A stretch of DNA of 64,000 bases from an uncultured Methanosarcinales archaeon (lineage in GTDB: Archaea > Nanobdellota > Nanobdellia > Woesearchaeales > GW2011-AR9). The first letter of the stretch is position 1, and each line of letters opens with the position of its first letter. The notes beneath the pieces are model-generated. The model made no database searches. It had not been told where the DNA came from and saw nothing but the letters and a program-made list of their open reading frames with translations. The stretch lies in NCBI GenBank assembly GCA_964552945.1, contig CAZKIP010000001.1, forward strand, positions 142,109-206,108, written 5' to 3'. The position numbers and the translations under genes are program-made. This document shows positions 8,103 to 16,879 of this stretch, in pieces.

Positions 8103-8878
8103 TATTCCTTGTCTCTGGCAAAAGAAAAAGTAGACAATTTATCTTCAAATTTGTTCAAGATACTTTGTACTTTTTTCAAGTTTTTTTCTGCAGGTTTATA
8201 TTCAAAATCCACAATGATTAGTTTATAACGCCCTGCACCTAAATAAAAAAGAGTTATGTTTGGAGAAACTTTCTCTATCGCCAATAAAGTGTTCTTAATC
8301 TTTTCAACGCCATTAGAATCAAAAGTTTTTAATTCAATTTCTCCTTCTATCGTGATTTTCTTTGGTTTAAATTTGTCTTTTATTGCAGAAGATAATTCTT
8401 CAGAGATTTTTGCAGAGATACCCAGTTTTGTAAGGTCAAAATCGTTATCTACAACATCTTTAAAACAAAGATAGAAATGGGAATATTCCTTGAAAACTGC
8501 CCTACTTAAATCGTCATAAAACTTCTTGAAAGGTATTTTTAATTTTTCAGAAAGGTTTTTCAATAAACTTTCTGCTTTAAGTTCTTGTTTAATTTCGTCA
8601 AGTTTTTCTCTTCTTTGAGTAGAATTAACTCTCCTTAAAGATAAATCAATGTGGCCTCTTTCTCTATCAATTCTTAAAACTTTACAGACAACTTGCCTTC
8701 CAATAGAAACGTAATCACGAAGATTTCTAATTCTTCCCGGGGAAACTTCAGAAATATGAATCATTCCTGAATCCTTAAATTCGAGGAGGTCTACAAAAAC
8801 GGAATTGGGATAAATCTTAGTTACTTTACATAGAACAATTTCATTCTCTTCCGGTAACCCTTCTCGTTTGTATAACAT
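8102..8878 (-). CDS. eif2a: Translation initiation factor aIF2 alpha subunit
   Basis: MLYKREGLPEENEIVLCKVTKIYPNSVFVDLLEF...GMIHISEVSPGRIRNLRDYV is the S1 domain. I place the start at ATG 8878, because the longer track ORF overlaps the S27e gene. Confidence 0.9.
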   Translation of the reverse strand: MLYKREGLPEENEIVLCKVTKIYPNSVFVDLLEFKDSGMIHISEVSPGRIRNLRDYVSIGRQVVCKVLRIDRERGHIDLSLRRVNSTQRREKLDEIKQELKAESLLKNLSEKLKIPFKKFYDDLSRAVFKEYSHFYLCFKDVVDNDFDLTKLGISAKISEELSSAIKDKFKPKKITIEGEIELKTFDSNGVEKIKNTLLAIEKVSPNITLFYLGAGRYKLIIVDFEYKPAEKNLKKVQSILNKFEDKLSTFSFARDKE

Positions 8879-8918
8879 TATATAGTAGGAAAGACGTTTA
8901 TTTATAAAGTTTTGGAGA

Positions 8919-9086
8919 TTAATCCAGAACTTCGAGAACTCTTGCAGAAATCTTTGATTTTCCACCAGTAGGTGCAGCTAATTCTTCACTACAAACTAGG
9001 CAGGTTACTTTTGTACTTGCATTGCTAAAGACAATCTGCTCATTCTTACATTTTGAACATCTTACCTTTACAAATTTGCTTTCCAT
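8919..9086 (-). CDS. rps27e: 30S ribosomal protein S27e
   Basis: Hand translation: MESKFVKVRCSKCKNEQIVFSNASTKVTCLVCSEELAAPTGGKSKISARVLEVLD, a C..C...C..C zinc ribbon. It sits in the canonical position between L44e and aIF2alpha. Confidence 0.85.
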   Translation of the reverse strand: MESKFVKVRCSKCKNEQIVFSNASTKVTCLVCSEELAAPTGGKSKISARVLEVLD

Positions 9087-9087
9087 T

Positions 9088-9396
9088 TTATATAAACTCC
9101 ACTCTCTTAGCCCTTATCCCAACGGATTGGCAAGAAACCCTTTTACATTTTGAACACGTATAACGTAAATCTGTTTTTTTAGTATTTTTAGCTCCAGTTC
9201 TCTTAAACTTAGTTACTGCAGGTTTAGAGTATCTTCCTAAACCACCTACACCACGAGCAACTCCTCTCTTTCTAGCTCTATACTTAGAACCCCTACTTAG
9301 CGAAGAAGCAGTCTTCTTCTTATTTTGAGCTACTTTCTGTTCAGTGTGAGTTTTGCATTTTGTACAAAGTCTTTTTGAGATTTTTGGAATTTTCAT
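9088..9396 (-). CDS. rpl44e: 50S ribosomal protein L44e (eL42)
   Basis: MKIPKISKRLCTKCKTHTEQKV...RYTCSKCKR pattern. Confidence 0.9.
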   Translation of the reverse strand: MKIPKISKRLCTKCKTHTEQKVAQNKKKTASSLSRGSKYRARKRGVARGVGGLGRYSKPAVTKFKRTGAKNTKKTDLRYTCSKCKRVSCQSVGIRAKRVEFI

Positions 9397-9517
9397 TTTA
9401 GTTCACCTAAATGAAAGTTTAAGAATATTAAGCATTCTTATTATTTTCATTTTATAATTGTAAATATATCTCTTTGGTCCTTTAGGAAAGGGCTTATTTA
9501 TAAATGTTATGGGTGAA

Positions 9518-9853
9518 TTAGAGAGGTAATCTTCCTTGATTAGGGTGAGGGTCAGCATCTCTAACTAAATTAGCAATACTTGAGTGATCTAATTTTCTAT
9601 CCATAGCACTCCTTACAGCAGAAAGAAGCTTTGGCAGGGCATGATAAGTAGAGGCATCTTGTATCTCGTCAGGATAGCCTCCAAAAATGTCGTTATGTGA
9701 AACTCTAATTAAATGATGAGGGTCTCTGCAGGAGTATCTCTCTAAAACAACCATGGGGTCCTTTCCATGCTGATTTAAACCCCACCATTCAACACAATAA
9801 TCGGGTTGGTTGTTACATTCTTTATAACCACATTCAAAAGGTGTTTGAGCCAT
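9518..9853 (-). CDS. Hypothetical protein (111 aa; Cys/His/Trp-rich N-terminal half)
   Basis: ORF track. No recognised motif. Its residue composition (few Lys; many D/H/P) differs from the neighbouring genes. Confidence 0.4.
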   Translation of the reverse strand: MAQTPFECGYKECNNQPDYCVEWWGLNQHGKDPMVVLERYSCRDPHHLIRVSHNDIFGGYPDEIQDASTYHALPKLLSAVRSAMDRKLDHSSIANLVRDADPHPNQGRLPL

Positions 9854-9897
9854 AAAATAATCAATAATGTTGAATATATAAGAATTGTTGTACTCAG

Positions 9898-10236
9898 TTA
9901 TAACAACTTCAAATCTTGGGTAATCCTATCAATCTCTTCCTCGTCTGCAGGCCCTATACCTACACAAGTTTTAGTTCCAGGAGCAACAACTGTTTTCCCA
10001 GCGTCGGTTATTAGAGAGCAAGCTAAGTTTTCATCTTTAGCCATTTGAAAATATTTAATCAATTCTTTTTCATTTTTAACTTTAAGAACTATTTTGGCCA
10101 TACCTTCTTTTCTCCAATCCTTAACTAGTTCAGAAGCCGATCTTAGAACGGCTTCTACAGAAGCATGGGCTGCTTGTGCAGCTAGTTTACCTTTAGGAAG
10201 CTTTAGATCTTGTCGTACGAGTATTACTTGTTTCAT
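9898..10236 (-). CDS. pth2: Peptidyl-tRNA hydrolase, archaeal Pth2 type
   Basis: MKQVILVRQDLKLPKGKLAAQAAHASV...GPADEEEID pattern. Confidence 0.9.
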   Translation of the reverse strand: MKQVILVRQDLKLPKGKLAAQAAHASVEAVLRSASELVKDWRKEGMAKIVLKVKNEKELIKYFQMAKDENLACSLITDAGKTVVAPGTKTCVGIGPADEEEIDRITQDLKLL

Positions 10237-10269
10237 AAGAAGAAGAAAAAAGGTGAAGTATAAAAAAGT

Positions 10270-10701
10270 TTAGTTAGATGTAACCGACGTTATTTGAAAA
10301 TATTTTCTATAAGCAAAATAAGTAGCAAAAGATCCAAATAAAATATTGATAATTGCAACAATTGGTGTTTCAACATAGAAGATAATTCCAAGAAAAATAA
10401 TAAAAGGCCCAGTAAATTTCCAAAGTATATTTATAGTGAATTTACCATAATTAATGTCTGGAGGTGGAACTTCGCTACACTTATCTACTATTTTTAATGG
10501 TCCTTTTGCCATTTTTTCTAAATCAGAAATTTTCATTTCAGGGAAATAATGTCCGCTAAAATTACATTTATTACAGATATATAGTGGAGGAAGGCCAAGA
10601 TAAGGTTGTGCTGGGTTTGTTTTATCAATATAAACATCAGGGGATTGGCACCTCATACAAACTATTGTATATTTTTCTAGAATTTGTTTTTTCTTTGCCA
10701 T
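10270..10701 (-). CDS. Zinc-ribbon membrane protein, function unknown
   Basis: C..C ... C..C (CMRCQS, CNKCNF) followed by two TM helices. Confidence 0.5.
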   Translation of the reverse strand: MAKKKQILEKYTIVCMRCQSPDVYIDKTNPAQPYLGLPPLYICNKCNFSGHYFPEMKISDLEKMAKGPLKIVDKCSEVPPPDINYGKFTINILWKFTGPFIIFLGIIFYVETPIVAIINILFGSFATYFAYRKYFQITSVTSN

Positions 10702-10744
10702 CTATCAACACCAAATATAAAAGTATAAATAAAAAAAAGTTTAA

Positions 10745-11530
10745 TTACTTTTTCCACTCGTTCTCAAACAAGCTTCCAAAATAGTTAACAAAATGAGGTG
10801 CTTCTACCCAAACTGCACAATCATAACTCTTATGCACTTTCTTATCATCTGTTAAAAATAGAAGTAATTCTTGATTATCAACAAGACAGAATCGAGCAGT
10901 TGTACTTTTTGCGTTTTTAACTTTTGCAATTTTAGAAAGACTTGCAACTAAATCCTTATCTGTTCCCGGAGGAACTGCAAAACGAATATTAACACCAGCT
11001 TTAGCAGCTTTTTTCAAATGTGTAGAAAGAGCACTATATTTTCTTTCCAAACCTTCTTTAGAAGTCATAAAAGTAACATTCTTTTTAGCATTTTTAATCA
11101 TAGAAGTAAGGTGTTCATAAACCTTATCACGGCCTCTAAATGCGCCAGATCTGTCTGTAGGATCCACTAACTTTACACCTTCAGTATGAAGAGTGTTTAA
11201 TTGTGTTAAAATATCGGATTCCTTTAATTGTGATAAAACTTTGTTCTTTTGTTCAGCTTCAATAACAATTTTCTTCTTAACTCTTTCAACAACTTCAGCT
11301 GGAGGGACAGCCAAATATTTGATAGGTTTACCAACTTTAACTATAATAAAACCTTTTTTCTCAAGAGATTCAAGAACGTCATATGCTCTGCTTCTTGGAA
11401 CATTAGAAATGTCAGATAATTCACCTGCTGTTGAAACTCCACGTGATAATAGAGCTATCCAAAGCTTACTTTCATACGAATTTAAGCCAAAGTCTTTTAA
11501 TTTATTTAGGAAATCCTTTTGAACGATCAT
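10745..11530 (-). CDS. TrmB-family transcriptional regulator
   Basis: N-terminal LKDFGLNSYESKLWIALLSRGVSTAGELSDISNVPRSRAYDVLESLEKKGFI wHTH typical of TrmB; GGAGGG Shine-Dalgarno. Confidence 0.8.
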   Translation of the reverse strand: MIVQKDFLNKLKDFGLNSYESKLWIALLSRGVSTAGELSDISNVPRSRAYDVLESLEKKGFIIVKVGKPIKYLAVPPAEVVERVKKKIVIEAEQKNKVLSQLKESDILTQLNTLHTEGVKLVDPTDRSGAFRGRDKVYEHLTSMIKNAKKNVTFMTSKEGLERKYSALSTHLKKAAKAGVNIRFAVPPGTDKDLVASLSKIAKVKNAKSTTARFCLVDNQELLLFLTDDKKVHKSYDCAVWVEAPHFVNYFGSLFENEWKK

Positions 11531-11669
11531 ATATATACCCTCCTATGGTGTATCTATCACATCTAAACCCAGAACCCCTTTCGATAATCTACCAAAACCA
11601 AGAGTATTTATAAATCTTTCGTGCGTTTTAGTACCCTTTAGTAGTTAAACTGAGAACTATGTTCTACTA

Positions 11670-11960
11670 TTACTCTCCGTCTACTGTAAATAATCTAGAA
11701 TCTTTTACTTGAAATAAGCCTATTCTAGCTCCTGCATCTAGCCAGCCATGGGCATAATTTAGAGCTGCAAAAGCTAATACTGCGTCTTGTTTATCTTCAA
11801 AGAAATGCTTAGCATCTTGATAGTATCTGGAGGCCATGTCAAAGAAATCTTCTGCTTCTGACAATCTATTTTGATCAAACTTATCTTTAGCCATGTTTAA
11901 AGCTTCTTTGGTGATAGAGAAATATTGTTCAAGTTTCTCTTTTGTAATTGTATTATTCAT
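11670..11960 (-). CDS. Small helical protein, DUF357-like
   Basis: C-terminal ALNYAHGWLDAGARIGL motif as I recall for DUF357. First ATG at 11960 (track start is TTG at 11972). Confidence 0.45.
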   Translation of the reverse strand: MNNTITKEKLEQYFSITKEALNMAKDKFDQNRLSEAEDFFDMASRYYQDAKHFFEDKQDAVLAFAALNYAHGWLDAGARIGLFQVKDSRLFTVDGE

Positions 11961-12074
11961 ATTAAAGAGCAATTGAGCCTATTTTAAAAGAGTTTTGTTA
12001 ATAATAAGAAAAAGAAACAAGAAATCTAGAGATGATTTCTGTTCATTCTCAAAAAAGAATAAAATAAAAAAAAA

Positions 12075-12278
12075 TTAACTCATTTGCGGTCTTCTAACAG
12101 TAATTGGAAGAACTCCTTCCTCAAACTCAAGAAGAGCAATCTCAATGGTGTCATAGTTAATCTTCTGAAGTTGCTCGTCAGTAAGCTTAACAAGGAAAGG
12201 TGCACCCATTGATAACTGTAAGGCTCGAGAACCAATCATCCTAGCCTTTTCGTATTTGGTGTATGTTTCTTCTTTCAT
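12075..12278 (-). CDS. rpoK: DNA-directed RNA polymerase subunit K (Rpo6/RPB6)
   Basis: TKYEKARMIGSRALQLSMGAP signature. Confidence 0.9.
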   Translation of the reverse strand: MKEETYTKYEKARMIGSRALQLSMGAPFLVKLTDEQLQKINYDTIEIALLEFEEGVLPITVRRPQMS

Positions 12279-13066
12279 TTTACAAACTTGTCCAATTCCT
12301 TTCTTAAGAATTTTGACTTCTCTAAAGCTATATCAACCATCTTAGAAACATCATCAATGGTAATAGGATGATCTCCACCCTTTTGCATTGCTGAAATGAT
12401 TCCCTTATCATCTGAAGCAACGGTTAATCTAGCATCGTAAGAAGCTTCTTCTTCACTTGTAGGATCAACTAAAAGCTGCCCATTGATTTTGTAGATAGTT
12501 ACTGAAAGAGGTTGCTTAATCAAAGGAAGTTTCTCGTCAGTTTTCTCTTTGTAGTTAATTGCTCCAGTTTCTTCATCTACCACTGGAAAACGGGCAGACT
12601 TAAGAGCTGCAACAACAGCTAGGCCAGCTGCATCAAAAAGATTACCATCATCGTTAATAGTTACTATATCAACGATAACAAACCAAGCTTTTTCTCCAGG
12701 CACAAGACATAATTTCTTCATATCTATTGCTTTAGCTTCCCTGATTCCACGATCAATTACTCTTGCTAACTCGATAGCCTTTATTCCAGGAGGACCTCTT
12801 TCGTAGTTCTCTGAAGATAAAGGAGTAAGTTCAGCATTAATCATGATTCCACCTTGATTAGGTGTATCGTTGTAAGGCTTTTCTAAAGCTAATTTTACAC
12901 CAGCTAAGATAACAGTCTTACCTATGCTAACTTGAACTGAACCTTCTGCAGTCCAGGAGATGTTAGTTTCAACATGGATTGGTGCTCTGTAATCAGTAAA
13001 ACTGCGGCCATCCATTCTTTTTCCTTGAGCAGCAAGCTCATGAATTCTTTTTGTATTGACTATCAT
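12275..13066 (-). CDS. rrp42: Exosome complex component Rrp42 (inactive RNase PH-like)
   Basis: RMDGRSFTDYRAPI...; position after Rrp41; 4-nt overlaps on both sides. Confidence 0.85.
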   Translation of the reverse strand: MIVNTKRIHELAAQGKRMDGRSFTDYRAPIHVETNISWTAEGSVQVSIGKTVILAGVKLALEKPYNDTPNQGGIMINAELTPLSSENYERGPPGIKAIELARVIDRGIREAKAIDMKKLCLVPGEKAWFVIVDIVTINDDGNLFDAAGLAVVAALKSARFPVVDEETGAINYKEKTDEKLPLIKQPLSVTIYKINGQLLVDPTSEEEASYDARLTVASDDKGIISAMQKGGDHPITIDDVSKMVDIALEKSKFLRKELDKFVK

Positions 13067-13782
13067 TTTTTACTCTCCGTAACAAACTTCTCTTTCAAAG
13101 CTTTTTTCTGTAAATTGTAAACTTTGTCGATAGCACCTTTAGCCATTTCTAAAGATTTCATTAATGCTTCTTTGGTAATTTCTCCATCCATCTGAAGCAA
13201 AGAGATTTCTTTAGAATTGTAAATCATTGCCACAGGAATGTCTGAAACAGCCCCATCAAAAGCTTCCTCGTTGTAAGTTAAGTCAGCCATAACAGTTCCG
13301 TCAACTTCTCCAACGGCAACTGAACTAACCATATCTTTCATAGGAATACCTGCATCAGCTAGAGCAATTGCAGCAGCTGAAATAGCTGCACATCTTGTTC
13401 CTGCATCTGTTTGAGGTAATTCGATGAAAACGTCTACAGTTGAATTTGGAAATGCTGATAAATCCACAACAGGTTCCAATGCTTTAGTCATTACCATAGA
13501 AATTTCTTGTGCTCTTCTGCTTGTTCCTGGTCTGATTCTATCACCAGAACCTGAAAAAGGCATCATTGAATAAAAACATCTTAAAATTCCTCTCTTTGGA
13601 TTGGATAAGAATCGAGGGTAAACTTCCCTTGGACCATAAACTGCAGCAATTGCTTTAGTTCTACCGCTAACAAAAACAGCTGAACCATTTGCATTAGGTA
13701 CAACTCCTGCCTTAGCATCCATTGGACGAAGATCATCAACTTTCCTTCCGTCTGCTCTTTCGTATGTTGCCATTTTATTCAC
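13063..13782 (-). CDS. rrp41: Exosome complex exonuclease Rrp41 (RNase PH)
   Basis: RADGRKVDDLRPMDAKAGVVPNANGSAVFVSGRTKAIAAVYGPRE; GTRCAAI. Confidence 0.9.
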   Translation of the reverse strand: MNKMATYERADGRKVDDLRPMDAKAGVVPNANGSAVFVSGRTKAIAAVYGPREVYPRFLSNPKRGILRCFYSMMPFSGSGDRIRPGTSRRAQEISMVMTKALEPVVDLSAFPNSTVDVFIELPQTDAGTRCAAISAAAIALADAGIPMKDMVSSVAVGEVDGTVMADLTYNEEAFDGAVSDIPVAMIYNSKEISLLQMDGEITKEALMKSLEMAKGAIDKVYNLQKKALKEKFVTESKK

Positions 13783-14482
13783 TCACCTGTGGAGTTGGCT
13801 TTTCACCATTCTGTAAAAAAGCTTCCACTTTATCAGTAAGTCCACTTTCGTGAGACTTCTCTTCAATCATTTTTATAGCTAGTTCAGTTTTACGTTCTCC
13901 TTCTGGGGAACCTCTTATCCAAACAAGGCCATTTTGACCAACTGTGATTTCACAACCAGCTTTGTTTTTTAGAAGGGAGATCATGCTTCCTTGTTTTCCA
14001 ATTACTCTAGGAACTTTCAAAGGATTAATTCTAATGATTCTTCCACCTTCAATTTTTCGCAATCCTGGTTCTCTAAGAGTTAAATCAATTAATCTCTGAG
14101 AGGTAACTTTTGTAATCTTAGCGATAACAAAGTCGTCAATGCCAAAGATATTACTCAAATCTTCGTCTCTTTTGATGAAACGTGAAGATGCATCTTTCAC
14201 ATTAAGCATTGCTGAATAAGCAGTGTTGGTTTTAATTCTCCATCCACTCATTGTAATATCGGATATTTTTCCAATAATTTTATCTCCAACTCTTGGTACG
14301 TATGGGCCAGAAAGGGGTGTAATTTTTATTACTCTCCCAGAAACTGAAACCAGTCCCAAGACCTTAGAAAATACTTTTTCTTCTTCCCTGTAAGTGTTTG
14401 CTCCAGGAAGATAGTCCATTCCTTCAGCAAGAATCTCACCAGGAATAACCACATTTCGGTCTTCTACTATTAAATTACTCAT
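13775..14482 (-). CDS. rrp4: Exosome RNA-binding cap subunit Rrp4 (S1 + KH)
   Basis: VPGE..A...YLPG N-terminus, S1 segment GDKIIGKISDITMSGWRI, and KH segment VIGKQGSMISLLKNKAGCEITVGQNG. Confidence 0.9.
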   Translation of the reverse strand: MSNLIVEDRNVVIPGEILAEGMDYLPGANTYREEEKVFSKVLGLVSVSGRVIKITPLSGPYVPRVGDKIIGKISDITMSGWRIKTNTAYSAMLNVKDASSRFIKRDEDLSNIFGIDDFVIAKITKVTSQRLIDLTLREPGLRKIEGGRIIRINPLKVPRVIGKQGSMISLLKNKAGCEITVGQNGLVWIRGSPEGERKTELAIKMIEEKSHESGLTDKVEAFLQNGEKPTPQVSE

Positions 14483-14620
14483 TTTTTATTTTGTGTCGAC
14501 ATCCCTTTATATCAAAAAGAACAAGGATGTCGCCTCCTATTCGTTTTTTTCTTTGTAGAACCAATTTGTGAGTATGGTTTATAAAGGTTTTGGTAAGAAA
14601 AGAGTCTTTTTGATTATAAA

Positions 14621-15298
14621 TTACTCAACAACAATCTGCCCAGAAGTCATGCCATTCAAGGCATCGATAAAATCTTGAACCATCCCTGCCGCTAATTCCA
14701 CAGTGACTTTCCAGCTACCGTCACCAAGCCAATCATCTTTAAGCATTGTAGAATTCTGTTTAACGTAACCATATGCCTTGCCAGTAAATTGACCAGGAAC
14801 AGTAATAACCAATTTCTTTTTCTCAATAGAAATAGGGATTATAGGTCTTAACTTAGAAATAATATCATCAAATTGTTCTTCAACAGTTTTATTGTAATCC
14901 AATTGAATTTTTCCTTGTTCCAAAGCTAACTCAATTCTTGTTGCGGGATGAGGTAATCCTGTTTTTGGATCACAAGCATTTTTGTTAATCATATTGACTA
15001 GTTTCTTTTTCTTCACTTCCCTTTCTTCAGAACGATGTTCAGCGGTAAGTTGAATTTCTCCCTTTTTAAGAATTATATCGGCAACTTCGTCAGGATTTGA
15101 AGTTTGAAAAGCTGTTTGCAAATCTTCATCTTTAGCGATTAGGCCTTTCTTAGCGTCGGTAAATATTTGATCAGAATGAAGAGCTTCTCTTAAAGAAGCA
15201 TTTCCCTTTTTGTATTCTAAAGCCTTGTCTGGATCAACAGAAACTTCAAAATTAATTCCGTGTTTTTTTATTCTTGCTAAGTTTAATTTTTCCGACAT
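14621..15298 (-). CDS. SBDS/Sdo1-family ribosome maturation protein
   Basis: ARIKKHGINFEVSVDPDKALEYKKG...QIFTDAKKGLIAKDEDLQTAF.T....EVADIILKKGEIQLTAEHR pattern. Confidence 0.85.
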   Translation of the reverse strand: MSEKLNLARIKKHGINFEVSVDPDKALEYKKGNASLREALHSDQIFTDAKKGLIAKDEDLQTAFQTSNPDEVADIILKKGEIQLTAEHRSEEREVKKKKLVNMINKNACDPKTGLPHPATRIELALEQGKIQLDYNKTVEEQFDDIISKLRPIIPISIEKKKLVITVPGQFTGKAYGYVKQNSTMLKDDWLGDGSWKVTVELAAGMVQDFIDALNGMTSGQIVVE

Positions 15299-15353
15299 GT
15301 ATTTGTTTTAGAGAAAGGATTATATAAATGTTGGGTAGGAAAAAGAAGAAAAA

Positions 15354-15671
15354 TTATTCTTCTACTCTATAGAATCTACCACAAATATTAACCCCTGGAT
15401 TAGGATTATATGCCACACAATCTGTTGGACAAGGAGAAGGACATTCTCCACGATAAGTCCCATCATCTATTGCTCTTTGTTTTAAAATACCAAATAAATT
15501 TGATAATGATTCCGGCGTTATAGAAGGCGGAAGATTTCCTTGAGAACTTCTATTCCTTGACTTACTTCCATCTGCTACATCAATGATTTCTAGTCCTGAA
15601 GAATGTCTTCTAACATGACTTACAGTACCCTCTTCGTCTACAATTATTTTTTTTAATGTTGGTTTTACCAT
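15354..15671 (-). CDS. Orphan small protein B (105 aa from ATG 15671). C-terminal 4-Cys segment GECPSPCPTDCVAYNPNPGVNICGRFY.
   Basis: ORF track. The frame is open back to TTG 15749. The ATG lies 5 nt after the stop of ORF A. Confidence 0.45.
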   Translation of the reverse strand: MVKPTLKKIIVDEEGTVSHVRRHSSGLEIIDVADGSKSRNRSSQGNLPPSITPESLSNLFGILKQRAIDDGTYRGECPSPCPTDCVAYNPNPGVNICGRFYRVEE

Positions 15672-15676
15672 TTTTT

Positions 15677-15940
15677 CTACCCAAGATACAAAGCATTTGA
15701 TTTTAAATCTCCTATAATACCAGAGGAATACTTCTGATTCATTTTCCAAATACTTTTACCATCATCATCACCAGCTACGCCTACAACACATTCCTTATAA
15801 ATCTTGTCAGGATCTCCACCGCCACCGGAACCACCCGGAAGCGATGCATTTGCAACTAATCCACCCCAACCAGTTACCACTTCTCCACTCTTTTCCCCAG
15901 TTACTATTGAACTACATTCGATTGTTTTTTCTAACATCAT
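15677..15940 (-). CDS. Orphan small protein A (87 aa; Gly-rich PGGSGGGGDPD centre)
   Basis: ORF track. Preceded by a 25-codon uORF whose TGA overlaps this ATG. Confidence 0.45.
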   Translation of the reverse strand: MMLEKTIECSSIVTGEKSGEVVTGWGGLVANASLPGGSGGGGDPDKIYKECVVGVAGDDDGKSIWKMNQKYSSGIIGDLKSNALYLG

Positions 15941-15946
15941 TTTATT

Positions 15947-16012
15947 TTATTTCTCGTTTTCTCCGATTTTGTTGAGGAGAGACCAGAAATCTTTTTATTT
16001 CTCGTTTTCTCC
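15947..16012 (-). repeat. Two 18-bp direct repeats (minus strand GGAGAAAACGAGAAATAA) upstream of ORF A
   Basis: Plus-strand TTATTTCTCGTTTTCTCC at 15947-15964 and 15995-16012, read directly. They also encode the EKTRNK repeat of the uORF MEKTRNKKISGLSSTKSEKTRNKIK (16014..15937). Confidence 0.8.
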
Positions 16013-16139
16013 ATTAATTTACCTTAAAAAATTTTCAAGAGTATATTAAAGTATTCTTAGAATTTTATGAATTTCATGGGAAAAAAGGACAAAAACGCCT
16101 GGTTTGTAGGTGTTTGCTTAAAAAGAAAAAGAAAAAAAA

Positions 16140-16868
16140 TTATTTCTTCATAACAGCTTTTAATTCATCGTCAGTAAGCTTTTGATATCTCTTATCGCCA
16201 GCTCTAACAATAACTGCATCAACTCTCTCAAAGTTGAACTCACCTTTCAAGAAATCTTTCAAAGCTTCTAAACCTAAACGAATTCCTTCATCAATGGAGA
16301 TAGAAGGTTTATACTTCTTCTTCAAAAGAGGTTCAATATGTCCTTCTCCTTCTCCTATAACAGCCGCATAATGCTGAAAATATAAACCATAAGGTTCAGT
16401 TACAAACATCTTAATTGTGCCGTCTTCCTCTACACCACCTACAATCATGGAAACACCAAAAGGTCTTAAACCAGCAGATTGTGTACAAATTTGTTTCAAA
16501 TCACAAATGTCTTTTACAACGGAAAGAATATCAATCTTGGTGTCATAAGTTACTGCATGTTGTTGTGCTTTTAATTGAGTTCTATCTACCAAAACTCTAG
16601 CATCTGAAATTATTCCAGCGGCAGTGGCAGCAATGTGGTCGTCAATCTTAAACATTTTCTCAATTGCTTCAGGAACAACTAGCTTAGAAGCAATTCTTTT
16701 ATCAGAAACTAAAACAATCCCATCTTTACAAGAGATACCAATTGCCGTAGATCCTTGTTTAACTGTCTTCTTAGCATATTCTACCTGTAATAATCTTCCA
16801 TCAGGAGAAAACATAGTTATGGAGCGATCATACCCCATCTTATCTATCATTTGTTTGCTTGGATTCAT
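16140..16868 (-). CDS. psmA: Proteasome alpha subunit
   Basis: YDRSITMFSPDGRLLQVEYA signature. Confidence 0.95.
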   Translation of the reverse strand: MNPSKQMIDKMGYDRSITMFSPDGRLLQVEYAKKTVKQGSTAIGISCKDGIVLVSDKRIASKLVVPEAIEKMFKIDDHIAATAAGIISDARVLVDRTQLKAQQHAVTYDTKIDILSVVKDICDLKQICTQSAGLRPFGVSMIVGGVEEDGTIKMFVTEPYGLYFQHYAAVIGEGEGHIEPLLKKKYKPSISIDEGIRLGLEALKDFLKGEFNFERVDAVIVRAGDKRYQKLTDDELKAVMKK

Positions 16869-16879
16869 TTATACACACC

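Noticed and set aside
6064-15940. Calling the orphan ORFs (6064-6933, 9518-9853, 15354-15940) horizontally acquired on the basis of elevated G+C.
   Set aside because: My 60-nt hand counts were inconsistent: 25-50% within these ORFs, and about 45% in parts of the neighbouring SBDS gene. A composition claim needs a proper sliding-window/GC3 calculation.
15804-16049. 81-aa plus-strand ORF over the ORF A 5' region and its upstream repeats.
   Set aside because: It overlaps the minus-strand ORF A and the 18-bp repeats. Its repeat-derived sequence (FYFSFSP twice) is a by-product of the DNA repeat.
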